A stretch of 57,718 nucleotides of DNA from NCBI GenBank assembly GCA_013387205.1, contig WARV01000007.1, positions 1 through 57,718 on the forward strand, written 5' to 3'. Below the pieces are notes generated by a model that worked only from the letters and a program-made list of their open reading frames with translations, ran no database searches and was not told the origin of the DNA. Position numbers and translations under genes: made by a program. Shown piece after piece: positions 33,743-41,767 of the stretch; positions within the stretch are counted from its first letter, which is position 1, and each line of letters opens with the position of its first letter. This DNA is from Patescibacteria group bacterium (GTDB lineage: Bacteria; Patescibacteriota; Doudnabacteria; UBA920).

Positions 33743-33800
33743 TCCGCTTTTTCAGAGGACTTGCTACTTGTCTGCTAGTGGAAGGAAGATGCTTTTTATC

Positions 33801-33832
33801 CCTCTATATTTGACGGCCGTCAAATATAGAGG
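33801..33832. repeat. Perfect 32-nt palindrome centred on ACGGCCGT
   Basis: cctctatatttgacgg|ccgtcaaatatagagg. Confidence 0.85.
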
Positions 33833-33927
33833 AGTAATTAAAATGTAGATAAAACAACCCCTTGTAAATGCAAGGGGATTTTGGTATTATTTAACGTTAC
33901 AGGAAGACATCTATAAAAGGAGGGTAA

Positions 33928-34389
33928 ATGAATAAGTCGTTTTTGGTTCCGAGAGTTCTTGATGACGATGAGGATTTTCCGATTTCCCCGTTGGATATCG
34001 ATGTCTCAAATACGCTGAATTTTGTCGGCGCATTTGACATACCGGGGTTACCCGACATCAATACCAACTACACCAACGAGAAGATGAATGAAGGCGCGAC
34101 GATAGTAGTCAATGCGTGCCAGAAACAGGGGCATTGGGGGCCTTGTGATCCCTTTGGGCTAGTATATGGCCACGAGGAAGCAACATTTTCGCTGTATACA
34201 TTTCTCCATAACAAACAACACCAATTCAGCGGGATGGTTGTAAAGGGTGATAATGGCCTCTGGCGTGTGACCAACGCTTTCATCATTTATTGTTATTTGG
34301 CGGCGCCAAAAAAACGCAAAAGGCAACGCGCGTTGTCATCTCAACAAGCATTTCCATCTGCCGTAGCAGAAATCGAATCTGCTACATAA
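33928..34389 (+). CDS. Hypothetical protein (153 aa)
   Basis: RBS AAAGGAGGG 5 nt before the ATG, acidic N-terminus, basic KKRKRQR patch. A terminator follows. Confidence 0.6.
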   Translation: MNKSFLVPRVLDDDEDFPISPLDIDVSNTLNFVGAFDIPGLPDINTNYTNEKMNEGATIVVNACQKQGHWGPCDPFGLVYGHEEATFSLYTFLHNKQHQFSGMVVKGDNGLWRVTNAFIIYCYLAAPKKRKRQRALSSQQAFPSAVAEIESAT

Positions 34390-34399
34390 GACAGTGGTA

Positions 34400-34432
34400 A
34401 CGGTGGCATGAATTCCTCATGCCGCCGTTTCT
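34400..34432 (+). terminator. Hairpin terminator
   Basis: acggtggcatga-attcc-tcatgccgccgt followed by ttct. Confidence 0.6.
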
Positions 34433-34481
34433 ATTTAAGAGAATTTTTCAAAATAATCTTTTTTTGTTATCATTAGACAAT

Positions 34482-34952
34482 ATGATACAAGAATGGAAAA
34501 AAGTAGGGGAGGTGCCGTATGAGGCTGGGTATAGGAAGGTTAAGAGGAAGACTTTTATGCTTCCTAACGGCAAGACGGATGATTATGATATTATAGATAC
34601 CGGCAGGACAGCCAGTATTTTTGCCATGACAAAGGATGGTAAAGTTATTTTGGCCAGGCAGTTCAGGCAGGCGCAGGAGAAAATTTTGCTGGAATTGCCA
34701 GGCGGGTATATCGACGAAGGCGAAACGCCGCTTGAGGCGGCAAAGCGGGAGCTTTTGGAAGAAACCGGGTATAAAGGAAATTTTAAGTTCATCGGGCAAA
34801 CTTTCCACACGGCTTATGACGAAAACATCAGAAGCAATTTTGTGGTTACGGATTGCGAAAAGGTGGCAGAGCCGGTTATTTTTGATAACGAACATATTGA
34901 AGTGGTGTTAATGCCTTTGCCGGAATTCAGGGAACATTTGCGCAGTGGCTAG
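34482..34952 (+). CDS. NUDIX hydrolase (ADP-ribose pyrophosphatase-like)
   Basis: Perfect Nudix box GGYIDEGETPLEAAKRELLEETGY. ATG 34482 is preferred. It ends at TAG 34950-34952, with a plausible continuation in frame (see findings). Confidence 0.85.
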   Translation: MIQEWKKVGEVPYEAGYRKVKRKTFMLPNGKTDDYDIIDTGRTASIFAMTKDGKVILARQFRQAQEKILLELPGGYIDEGETPLEAAKRELLEETGYKGNFKFIGQTFHTAYDENIRSNFVVTDCEKVAEPVIFDNEHIEVVLMPLPEFREHLRSG

Positions 34953-35025
34953 CTTACAGATGTATCCGCAGGTTATTTGGGTTTGGATTATTTAAAACTT
35001 CTTTAATAATTACTAAAATTTATTA

Positions 35026-35064
35026 CAGCAAAAACCCCCAAAATAATTTTGGGGGTTTTTGCTG
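35026..35064 (+). terminator. Rho-independent terminator
   Basis: cagcaaaaaccccca-aaataatt-ttgggggtttttgctg. Confidence 0.8.
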
Positions 35065-35141
35065 TAACTTTTGGCCTGCTTTTCCATCAAATATTACCTA
35101 AGGGGTTGGAAATGATCTAAAAGAAATCTATTTAAAAATCT

Positions 35142-36056
35142 ATGTTTTCAGGATATTTTAAGAAATCTTTGTATTTTACAGCACTGGTCTTGGTCATGGC
35201 CGGGGGTTTGGGTTTGGCAAACCGCGCCAGCCAATACGTCCAGGATGGCATTGATAAAACGCTGCGTCCGAAGTTTTCAGTGAATATGGACAAGCAAAAC
35301 GGCTCATACACACTGGCAGGATCGGACCTAAACCAACAGTCTTCAAACGCGGTAGACAGGGTTGCTCCTGGCGTGGTTTCTGTTTTCGGCTATAAGAGCG
35401 AATCGAAAAATTTCAGCCCGGATTACGGCTCGAGCTCCGGCACGCCTTTAATCCCAGGCTTGAATTTTTCTTTTAATTTTTCTAAAAAACCGCAGATGGA
35501 TTACATTAGGGTCAGTGCGGGCACCGGTTTTTTCGTAAATTCCGGCGGCTATATAATTACCAACAAGCACGTGGTGTCCGATGTCGAGGGTGCTTATAAA
35601 GTTACGCTTTCCGACGGCACGCAAAAAGACGCCAGCGTAATTTACCGCGATCCTAATAAGGACGTGGCAGTAATGAAAATTGACGGGTACGGGTACCCGG
35701 CCCTGGTTTTGGGCGATTCTTCCGGCGTAAAAGTCGGGCAGGATATTTTAAGCATTGGCAATGCTTTTGGCGAATTCCAAAATGTCGTTTCCGAAGGCCA
35801 GGTTAAAGCGCTGCACAAGGATATAGTTGCCAACGGTGACAATGAAGAATCGCAGAAATTGGAAAATACCATCCAATCAACCGCGCAGCTTTACCCCGGC
35901 GATTCCGGCGGCCCGCTTTTTGACACGAACGGCAAAGTGGTCGGGCTTAATGCCGCGGCTGCCGTTGACCGCAGGAACGTGAGTTTTTCAATTCCAATTA
36001 ACGATGTTATCCAGGTGATAAAAAATAACTCGGCAATATCGGATATAATAAAGTAA
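35142..36056 (+). CDS. Trypsin-like serine protease (HtrA/DegP S1C core, no PDZ seen)
   Basis: N-terminal TM. Catalytic triad contexts ITNKHVV, DVAVMKI and GDSGGPLF. Confidence 0.85.
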   Translation: MFSGYFKKSLYFTALVLVMAGGLGLANRASQYVQDGIDKTLRPKFSVNMDKQNGSYTLAGSDLNQQSSNAVDRVAPGVVSVFGYKSESKNFSPDYGSSSGTPLIPGLNFSFNFSKKPQMDYIRVSAGTGFFVNSGGYIITNKHVVSDVEGAYKVTLSDGTQKDASVIYRDPNKDVAVMKIDGYGYPALVLGDSSGVKVGQDILSIGNAFGEFQNVVSEGQVKALHKDIVANGDNEESQKLENTIQSTAQLYPGDSGGPLFDTNGKVVGLNAAAAVDRRNVSFSIPINDVIQVIKNNSAISDIIK

Positions 36057-36063
36057 GGCAAAA

Positions 36064-36095
36064 CAAATGGCTCAACCGTACGGTTGAGCCATTTG
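36064..36095. repeat. Perfect 32-nt palindrome, CTCAACCGTACGGTTGAG family
   Basis: caaatggctcaaccgt|acggttgagccatttg. Confidence 0.85.
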
Positions 36096-36105
36096 TGGTA
36101 TCATT

Positions 36106-36188
36106 ATAACCCCTCCCAACTTCCCCTCTGCAAGGGGGGCTGCTAAGGTGCCTCTCTTCTAGTCATAGGAGGGATTAAGGGAGGTTAT
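36106..36188. repeat. GC-rich hairpin cassette (CCCCTCC / GGAGGG type)
   Basis: ataacccctccc ... gggaggttat termini with an inner cccctctgcaagggggg. It has the same flavour as the cassette inside argS. Confidence 0.6.
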
Positions 36189-36218
36189 TCCTTGATTCTA
36201 GATTCTAAATTTTTGATT

Positions 36219-36845
36219 CTACTTTAGTAACGATTTTAGGTTATCAATTTTTCCAGGAGTTATAATCCATTCGTAAATATCAGCATTGGCAATGTCTTTG
36301 TCCGTATCTATTGCGCGATAAATTCTTGGAATGTCCGGGAAATGGAATAAGAGCAGCCTAATAACGCCATTGTGGGTGATTATCCCGATATTTTGGTTGC
36401 TTTGGTTTTGGATAATGTCCAAAATTGAGCTGAAAGCGCGTTGCCTGACCTGGTCAACCGATTCTCCGCCAAAAGGCCGGTAATCATATGTTTGCATTTG
36501 TTCCAGTTCTCTGTGTTTGGGAAGCATTTTGTCCCAGTAATCCTGGGTGTGGCCGGTAAGCGAGCCGAAATCCCTTTCTCTCAGGCGGAAGTCGTGCATG
36601 ACCGGGATGGGTTCTTTTAGTTTGCTGTTGATTAACGCGGCGGTTTCTTCAGCCCTATGCAAATACGAAGTAAACAGTACGTCTAAATTCAGGTTTTGGA
36701 TGATATTTACGAGTTCTTGCGTCTGCAAAACGCCCTGGGTGTCCAGGTAATCGTCAATTTGTATCCCTTGCCGGATGTGTTTTTTGTTGCTTTGGGTTTG
36801 TCCGTGCCTAATGAAGTAAAGAGTTGTTTCGTTGCGGATGCGCAT
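36219..36845 (-). CDS. Histidine phosphatase family protein (phosphoglycerate mutase-like)
   Basis: LYFIRHGQTQSN (RHG motif) and a second His in IITHNGVIR. Confidence 0.85.
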   Translation of the reverse strand: MRIRNETTLYFIRHGQTQSNKKHIRQGIQIDDYLDTQGVLQTQELVNIIQNLNLDVLFTSYLHRAEETAALINSKLKEPIPVMHDFRLRERDFGSLTGHTQDYWDKMLPKHRELEQMQTYDYRPFGGESVDQVRQRAFSSILDIIQNQSNQNIGIITHNGVIRLLLFHFPDIPRIYRAIDTDKDIANADIYEWIITPGKIDNLKSLLK

Positions 36846-36863
36846 TTTTAGTCTCTTTTAGAA

Positions 36864-37259
36864 CTATTTTTTTGCTTTGGGTGTGCGCGGAGCGGTTTTT
36901 TTCTTTGCGGGTTTTTTAGATTGCTCTTGCATCATTTTGGAAATATGTTTCCAGTAGCCTTTCAATTCTTCGGCCAGTGCTTTTACTTCTTCCGGATCTA
37001 TATTTTTTACGGTCCGATATTTTTCCACAACTTCAGCCACGATTTTGTTATAAGTGGCTTCGGTAACTACTTTCAGGTTTTTCATTCTATCAATAACTTC
37101 GGCTTTGGCCTTAACAGCCCATTGCTTCAGCTGCTTCCTGTGCTTGGCTCCGTCTTTTCCGTAAAAATAGTAAGCGCCTGCTGCGGCTGCCGCCAAAGCA
37201 GCAAGTCCCAGTCCGGCTTTAGCTCCCTTGCCCATACCCTTTTTTTTCTCGTTTGCCAT
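36864..37259 (-). CDS. YtxH-like protein
   Basis: GLGLAALAAAAAGAYYFYGKDGAKHRKQLKQWAVKAKAEV and a Lys-rich tail. It is adjacent to a DUF948-like gene, as in Firmicutes. Confidence 0.55.
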   Translation of the reverse strand: MANEKKKGMGKGAKAGLGLAALAAAAAGAYYFYGKDGAKHRKQLKQWAVKAKAEVIDRMKNLKVVTEATYNKIVAEVVEKYRTVKNIDPEEVKALAEELKGYWKHISKMMQEQSKKPAKKKTAPRTPKAKK

Positions 37260-37274
37260 AAAATTTTCCTTTCG

Positions 37275-37535
37275 TTATTTACGTTTTTTATATAAATTGG
37301 TGAGAAATTTGCTAAAATGTTTGAACCAGGTTCCGCTATCTTTGACGTTTTTCCTTAATTCCGAAATGTCCTGGCTAATTAGGTCGGCTTCGGTCTTGGC
37401 CTTGTTGGAAATATATTTTATGTCCCTAAAAACTTTAATCAAATATATTATCAGCACGACCAATAAGGCGGATATTACTATTACCGCTATGGAAGTAATA
37501 AAGAAAAAGACGTCAGATTTATATATTTCGTTCAT
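37275..37535 (-). CDS. DUF948-like membrane-anchored coiled-coil protein
   Basis: One N-terminal TM (FFFITSIAVIVISALLVVLIIYLI) followed by a helical segment. ATG 37535 is preferred. Confidence 0.5.
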   Translation of the reverse strand: MNEIYKSDVFFFITSIAVIVISALLVVLIIYLIKVFRDIKYISNKAKTEADLISQDISELRKNVKDSGTWFKHFSKFLTNLYKKRK

Positions 37536-37811
37536 ATTATTATTATACCACACTATGTTAAAATGACGGATAAAAATGAGGAAAATTAATTTAAATCTCA
37601 AATAACAAATACCAAATGACCAATTTAAATATCTAAAAAATGCAATAGTTGGTTATTGAAAATTTGACTTTCAGACTTTATTTTCCTGCCCGCCATAGCC
37701 TTTTCTTGTAAGTTTAGATTAACCTTGATTACCATCATGATTCACTAAGCCTATTTGATACTTAACAACAGGCCTTGGCAGGCGGGAAATTTGTCATTTG
37801 TTATTTGGTAC

Positions 37812-38357
37812 TTATTTACCGTATCTATTAAATAATTCTTCCAAAACAGCCTGGTATTGGCTGCGGATAGATTCGTCATGGCCGACTTCCAAGACTTCGT
37901 CGTTTAAGTTGGTTGCCGCCGAGGTCCAGTTGAAAGACCCGCTGGCATAACCTTTGTCAGTTACAATGGCTTTTATGTGCATAATGGCCAAATGGTCCTG
38001 TTCGTAAACCGGAATGCCGGCGTCCTTGAGTTCCTGGAAAATTTTTGTCTGCTGCTGTGTTCCTTTGTCCTGGTTCCTGTCCATTATCCCGACAACTTTC
38101 AGCCCGCGGTATTTGGCAGCGAGCAGCGCGTCTTTAATGTCAGTGCGGGTGAAAGTGTAAATCGCAAAATAAACAAACTTGTCGGCCTCCCTGGTCAGGT
38201 TGGTAATTTCTTTATTCAGCTCGCGATCTTGGTTGTAATAGACTTTAACCTGCCTTTGTCCTTCCGGTTTGTATTTGTAGGAATAATAAAACTGCCCCAG
38301 TAGGCCGATAAGGATGATGATCACCGTTATGTAGATGATATCTTTCTTGATTTTCAT
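37812..38357 (-). CDS. Phospholipase D-family protein (Nuc-like, single HKD)
   Basis: N-terminal TM and the HKD motif HIKAIVTDKGYASGSFNWT. Confidence 0.85.
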   Translation of the reverse strand: MKIKKDIIYITVIIILIGLLGQFYYSYKYKPEGQRQVKVYYNQDRELNKEITNLTREADKFVYFAIYTFTRTDIKDALLAAKYRGLKVVGIMDRNQDKGTQQQTKIFQELKDAGIPVYEQDHLAIMHIKAIVTDKGYASGSFNWTSAATNLNDEVLEVGHDESIRSQYQAVLEELFNRYGK

Positions 38358-38382
38358 TTTTATTTTAAATTATTCTATCGCG

Positions 38383-38507
38383 AACTCCCTCTGTCTCCCT
38401 CTTTAGATAAAGAGGGAGAACATACTAAGATAGTTTATCTGTTAATCATTTACAAATCTTTCTTAGTATGTCCCTTCTCTTTTCTAAAGAGAAGGACAGG
38501 ATGAGTT
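38383..38507. repeat. 125-nt MITE-like element (AACTCCCTCTGTCTCCCTCTTTAGA...GACAGGATGAGTT), copy 1
   Basis: Shares both ends, of about 45 nt and 37 nt, with 44967-45074. Internal hairpins tctccctcttt/aaagagggaga and ccttctcttt/aaagagaagg. CCGCCAGCTGGC lies nearby (38530-38541). Confidence 0.8.
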
Positions 38508-38546
38508 CTGGGTGGTTTGGGTGATTAGTCCGCCAGCTGGCAAGAA

Positions 38547-38978
38547 TTAGGTTAATTTTCTAATCTCTTTTTTCGCTTCCTTCTTTTTTATGTATTCCCG
38601 CTTGTCGATTTTTTTGCGCGCTTTGCCCAGGCCGATTTTAATTTTAACCAGTCCTTTGGGCGTAGTAAAAATTTCTAAAGGGATAATAACCAAGCCTTTT
38701 TCCTTGCCAGCCATTTGGCCCAGCTCGCGCTTGGTCAGTAAAAGTTTTCGGCTGCGGGTAGGGTCGTAAGATTCATTCGGCGCGTATTTGTAATGGCCAA
38801 TATGCGCGTTTACCAAAAAAGCGCCGGACGGGCTGACTGAAACATAACTGCCGGTTAAGGAAACATTGCCGGATTTGGTGGATTTTACTTCCGGTCCGGA
38901 TAGTACCATCCCCGCAATAAAACTATCTTTAATATCGTAGTCGTAACTGGCGCGCGAGTTTTTTACGAGTGTCTTCAT
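38547..38978 (-). CDS. smpB: SsrA-binding protein
   Basis: KNSRASYDYDIKDSFIAGMVLSGPEVKS..LLLTKRELGQM..GLVIIPLEIF.. and a basic C-terminal tail. Confidence 0.95.
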   Translation of the reverse strand: MKTLVKNSRASYDYDIKDSFIAGMVLSGPEVKSTKSGNVSLTGSYVSVSPSGAFLVNAHIGHYKYAPNESYDPTRSRKLLLTKRELGQMAGKEKGLVIIPLEIFTTPKGLVKIKIGLGKARKKIDKREYIKKKEAKKEIRKLT

Positions 38979-39073
38979 AATTACCTATATTTTAACATTT
39001 TTGCCGATCAAGGACAAAATAGCAATATGGCATTTATGTTATTTTGCCCAAGGGCAACTGCTCATCTACCCTA

Positions 39074-39231
39074 TGTCATTGCGAGGAATCAGGGCTTCAT
39101 CTGATTCCGAAGCAATCTGTCTTTGGGCGTCATCCTGAGCCTTTCAATTGCTAATGAAAGGTGAAGGATCTCTAAATAGATTGCAACGGTCCAATATTTT
39201 AACGCTAATAATATTGGACCTCGCAATGACA
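39074..39231. repeat. TGTCATTGCGAGG...CCTCGCAATGACA palindromic element, copy 1
   Basis: 13-nt terminal inverted repeats. Internal gaatcag..ctgattc, cgaagcaatc, gtcatcctgagcc and ccaatatt..aatattgg hairpins. Confidence 0.75.
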
Positions 39232-39275
39232 GTGAGTAGTTGCGCCTAAGGTGTTTCACTTTTTCCGCGGTTTTA

Positions 39276-39284
39276 TGCTATAAT
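39276..39284 (+). promoter_or_regulatory. Extended -10 promoter of argS (near-leaderless)
   Basis: TGCTATAAT ends 11 nt before the argS ATG (39296). Confidence 0.45.
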
Positions 39285-39295
39285 ATAGTATATTT

Positions 39296-41110
39296 ATGGA
39301 CAGTGAAACATCCCAAAAATACATATTGGATATTTTTTCTGAAGCAGCGGAAAACTTGGGTTTTAACGTGCAAAACGTCAGAACTGAAATTATCCAGCCA
39401 GATCTTAACTTTGGCGACTTTGCGACCAATGCGGCTTTGGTTTTGGCCAAGCAGCTTAAACGCAATCCTCAGGAAGTGGCGGTACAGTTTGCAGACGAGT
39501 TGAAAAACTTAGACCAGCAGGAAGTCTTTAGCGAAATTTACGCCGCAGCTGGCTTTATTAATTTCCGACTGTCGCAAAAAACCTTGCTTGCTAATTTATC
39601 CAGGATACTTTTGGAAAAAGACGGTTTCGGGTCGTCACAAAGGGGTAACGGCAAAACCATGGTCGTGGAATATTTCCAGAACAACGTGGCCAAGCCGCCT
39701 CACGTCGGGCATTTGCGCAGCGCAGTCATTGGTGACAGCATTTTAAGGGTGCTTAAGTCCCAAGGCTATAAGACTATTTCCGATACGCATATTGGCGACT
39801 GGGGCGTGCAGTTCGGCATTTTGATTTTTGCCTTTAAGGAATTTCTCAAGAACGGCGGCAAGAGAGAAAATATAGAAAAAGATCCGATTGTCGAACTGAA
39901 CAAGCTGTATGTGGAAATGTCTAATAATATAGAGCAGGACCCATCTTTGCGCGACAAGGGCAAGGAAGAGTTTGTGAGTCTTGAAAAAGGCGATACGGAA
40001 AATCGGGAATTGTGGCAGTGGTTTGTTAAAGAGTCGCTGGAAGATTTTGACAAATACCGCTCGTGGCTGGATGTTTTGCCGTTTAACCATAATTTGGGCG
40101 AGAGTTTTTACGAAGACAAAATGCCCGCGGTTTTGGAAGGCTTGAATGCCAAAGGTTTGATTACGACAGGCGAGACAGGCGAATCTTACGTTGATTTGGA
40201 AAGCTTTGGTTTGGGTCGGGCGATTTTGGTAAAGTCCGATGGCGGAACCACTTATCTTTTGCGCGATTTAGCCACTTATATTTTTCGCAAAGGCGAATTT
40301 GATTTTTACAAAAATATTTACGTGGTTGATAACCGCCAGAGTCATCACTTTAAGCAAATGTTCAAAGTAATGGAGCTTTTTGGTTATAAGGCTGCGCAAG
40401 ACAGCCTGCATGTGGATTTCGGGTTCATGAGCCTGCCCGAAGGAGCGATATCTACCAGGAAAGGCACGACTGTTAACTTGAAAGCCTGGATTGAAGAAGC
40501 GAATAAGGAAGCTTTAGAAATTATCAATGAAAAAAATCCGGAACTTGAAAATAAGGAAGCCATTGCTAAGCTGGTGGCTTTGGCAGCAATTAAGTATTTC
40601 GATTTGTCTCATAACCGCAAAACAGAAATTACTTTTACCTGGGAAAACGCGTTGTCGTTTGAAGGCAATACCGGTCCGTACATGCAGTATGCGCATGCGA
40701 GAATTTTCGGAATACTTCGAAAGTCAAATACCACCCCGTCCCGACTTGTCGGGACACCCCTCCTTTTCAAGGAGGGGAGAACTGCAGTCTCTCCTCCTAA
40801 TATAGGAGGAGTACCCGCCGATAAGGCGGGGGAGGTGGTATTGAATCAAAACGAACTTTTTGTTCTTCGTAAATTATACCAATTCCCGCAAGTATTAAAA
40901 CAAGTCTCTCAGGACTTTTTGCCTAATCTTCTGTGTAATTACTTGTTCGAACTGTCCCAGGCTTTTAATTCATTCTACGAATCATCTCCGGTCTTGCAGG
41001 AAAAAGATCCTCAATTACAATCATTCCGCTTAAATTTAATCACCGCCACCGCGCAGGTAATAAAGAATGGATTATACTTGCTCGGCATAGAAGCGCCGGA
41101 AGAAATGTAA
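39296..41110 (+). CDS. argS: Arginine--tRNA ligase, carrying an in-frame structured insertion
   Basis: HIGH-type PHVGHLRSAVIGD. Class-I core ..SDGGTTYLLRDLA.. and ..GNTGPYMQYAHARI... C-terminal anticodon-binding helices. Confidence 0.95.
   Translation: MDSETSQKYILDIFSEAAENLGFNVQNVRTEIIQPDLNFGDFATNAALVLAKQLKRNPQEVAVQFADELKNLDQQEVFSEIYAAAGFINFRLSQKTLLANLSRILLEKDGFGSSQRGNGKTMVVEYFQNNVAKPPHVGHLRSAVIGDSILRVLKSQGYKTISDTHIGDWGVQFGILIFAFKEFLKNGGKRENIEKDPIVELNKLYVEMSNNIEQDPSLRDKGKEEFVSLEKGDTENRELWQWFVKESLEDFDKYRSWLDVLPFNHNLGESFYEDKMPAVLEGLNAKGLITTGETGESYVDLESFGLGRAILVKSDGGTTYLLRDLATYIFRKGEFDFYKNIYVVDNRQSHHFKQMFKVMELFGYKAAQDSLHVDFGFMSLPEGAISTRKGTTVNLKAWIEEANKEALEIINEKNPELENKEAIAKLVALAAIKYFDLSHNRKTEITFTWENALSFEGNTGPYMQYAHARIFGILRKSNTTPSRLVGTPLLFKEGRTAVSPPNIGGVPADKAGEVVLNQNELFVLRKLYQFPQVLKQVSQDFLPNLLCNYLFELSQAFNSFYESSPVLQEKDPQLQSFRLNLITATAQVIKNGLYLLGIEAPEEM
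40728..40841. repeat. 114-nt four-hairpin palindromic cassette inside the argS reading frame
   Basis: Outer stem ataccacc / ggtggtat. Inner hairpins gtcccgac-tt-gtcgggac, cccctcc-ttttcaa-ggagggg, ctcctcc-taatata-ggaggag, cccgcc-gataa-ggcggg. Confidence 0.8.
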
Positions 41111-41158
41111 AATCGCGGATTGCACGCGGATAGCAACGCAGATGTATCGCTGAAACTA

Positions 41159-41257
41159 TGTCATTGCGAGGAGGCAGTGCTTTAACTGCCGACGAAGCAA
41201 TCTTAACTAGGAATAGATTGCTTCGCCTGTCGGATGCGCTCCAGGCTCGCAATGACA
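41159..41257. repeat. TGTCATTGCGAGG...GCTCGCAATGACA palindromic element, copy 2
   Basis: Same termini as 39074-39231. Inner cgaagcaatct..agattgcttcg hairpin. Confidence 0.8.
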
Positions 41258-41277
41258 GAGAAAAACCTTTAAAAAAC

Positions 41278-41314
41278 AACGGCTAAAACGTAGATTTATT
41301 AGGATTTAGCCGTT
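41278..41314. repeat. AACGGCTAAA-family hairpin
   Basis: aacggctaaaacg-tagatttattag-gatttagccgtt. Confidence 0.75.
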
Positions 41315-41353
41315 AAATAAGCAGTTCTGCTCGTAGGCTTAATAAAATGATTT

Positions 41354-41761
41354 ATGGATTATCAATTTCATCATATTGCAATATCGGTTCGTGATTTGGA
41401 AAAATCCTCATCCTGGTATAAAGAGGTGTTCGGATTTGATGAATTGGGAACTTTTGAAAAAGAAGATTTGAACGTTAAATTTAAGCATTTGAAATTAAAG
41501 AATTTGATTTTAGAAATTTTTCAGTCAACTCATTCCCAAAGCCTGCCTCTCTACAGAAAAAATTTGAAAGATGACCTAGCTGTCCAAGGAGTAAAACATT
41601 TTGGTTTAGGCGTAGCTGATATGGAAATATCATATAAGGAACTAAAAAAACGGGGAGTGGAATTTGCAACAGAAATTTTAATTGGAGCCAGTGGCTTGCG
41701 CTATGCTTTTTTAAAAGATCCCGATGGAATTTTGATAGAATTATTGGAATTAACGACTTAA
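41354..41761 (+). CDS. VOC-family protein (glyoxalase / methylmalonyl-CoA epimerase-like)
   Basis: FHHIAISVRDLEKSSSWYKEVFGF ... HFGLGVADM ... FLKDPDGILIELLE. Confidence 0.8.
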   Translation: MDYQFHHIAISVRDLEKSSSWYKEVFGFDELGTFEKEDLNVKFKHLKLKNLILEIFQSTHSQSLPLYRKNLKDDLAVQGVKHFGLGVADMEISYKELKKRGVEFATEILIGASGLRYAFLKDPDGILIELLELTT

Positions 41762-41767
41762 AAATTT

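Noticed and set aside
38979-39295. T-box leaders upstream of argS (and, at 41111-41767, upstream of ileS).
   Set aside because: The argS promoter abuts the start codon. ileS starts 6 nt after the VOC gene. The structured DNA upstream belongs to the dispersed palindromic families and has no specifier or T-box sequence.
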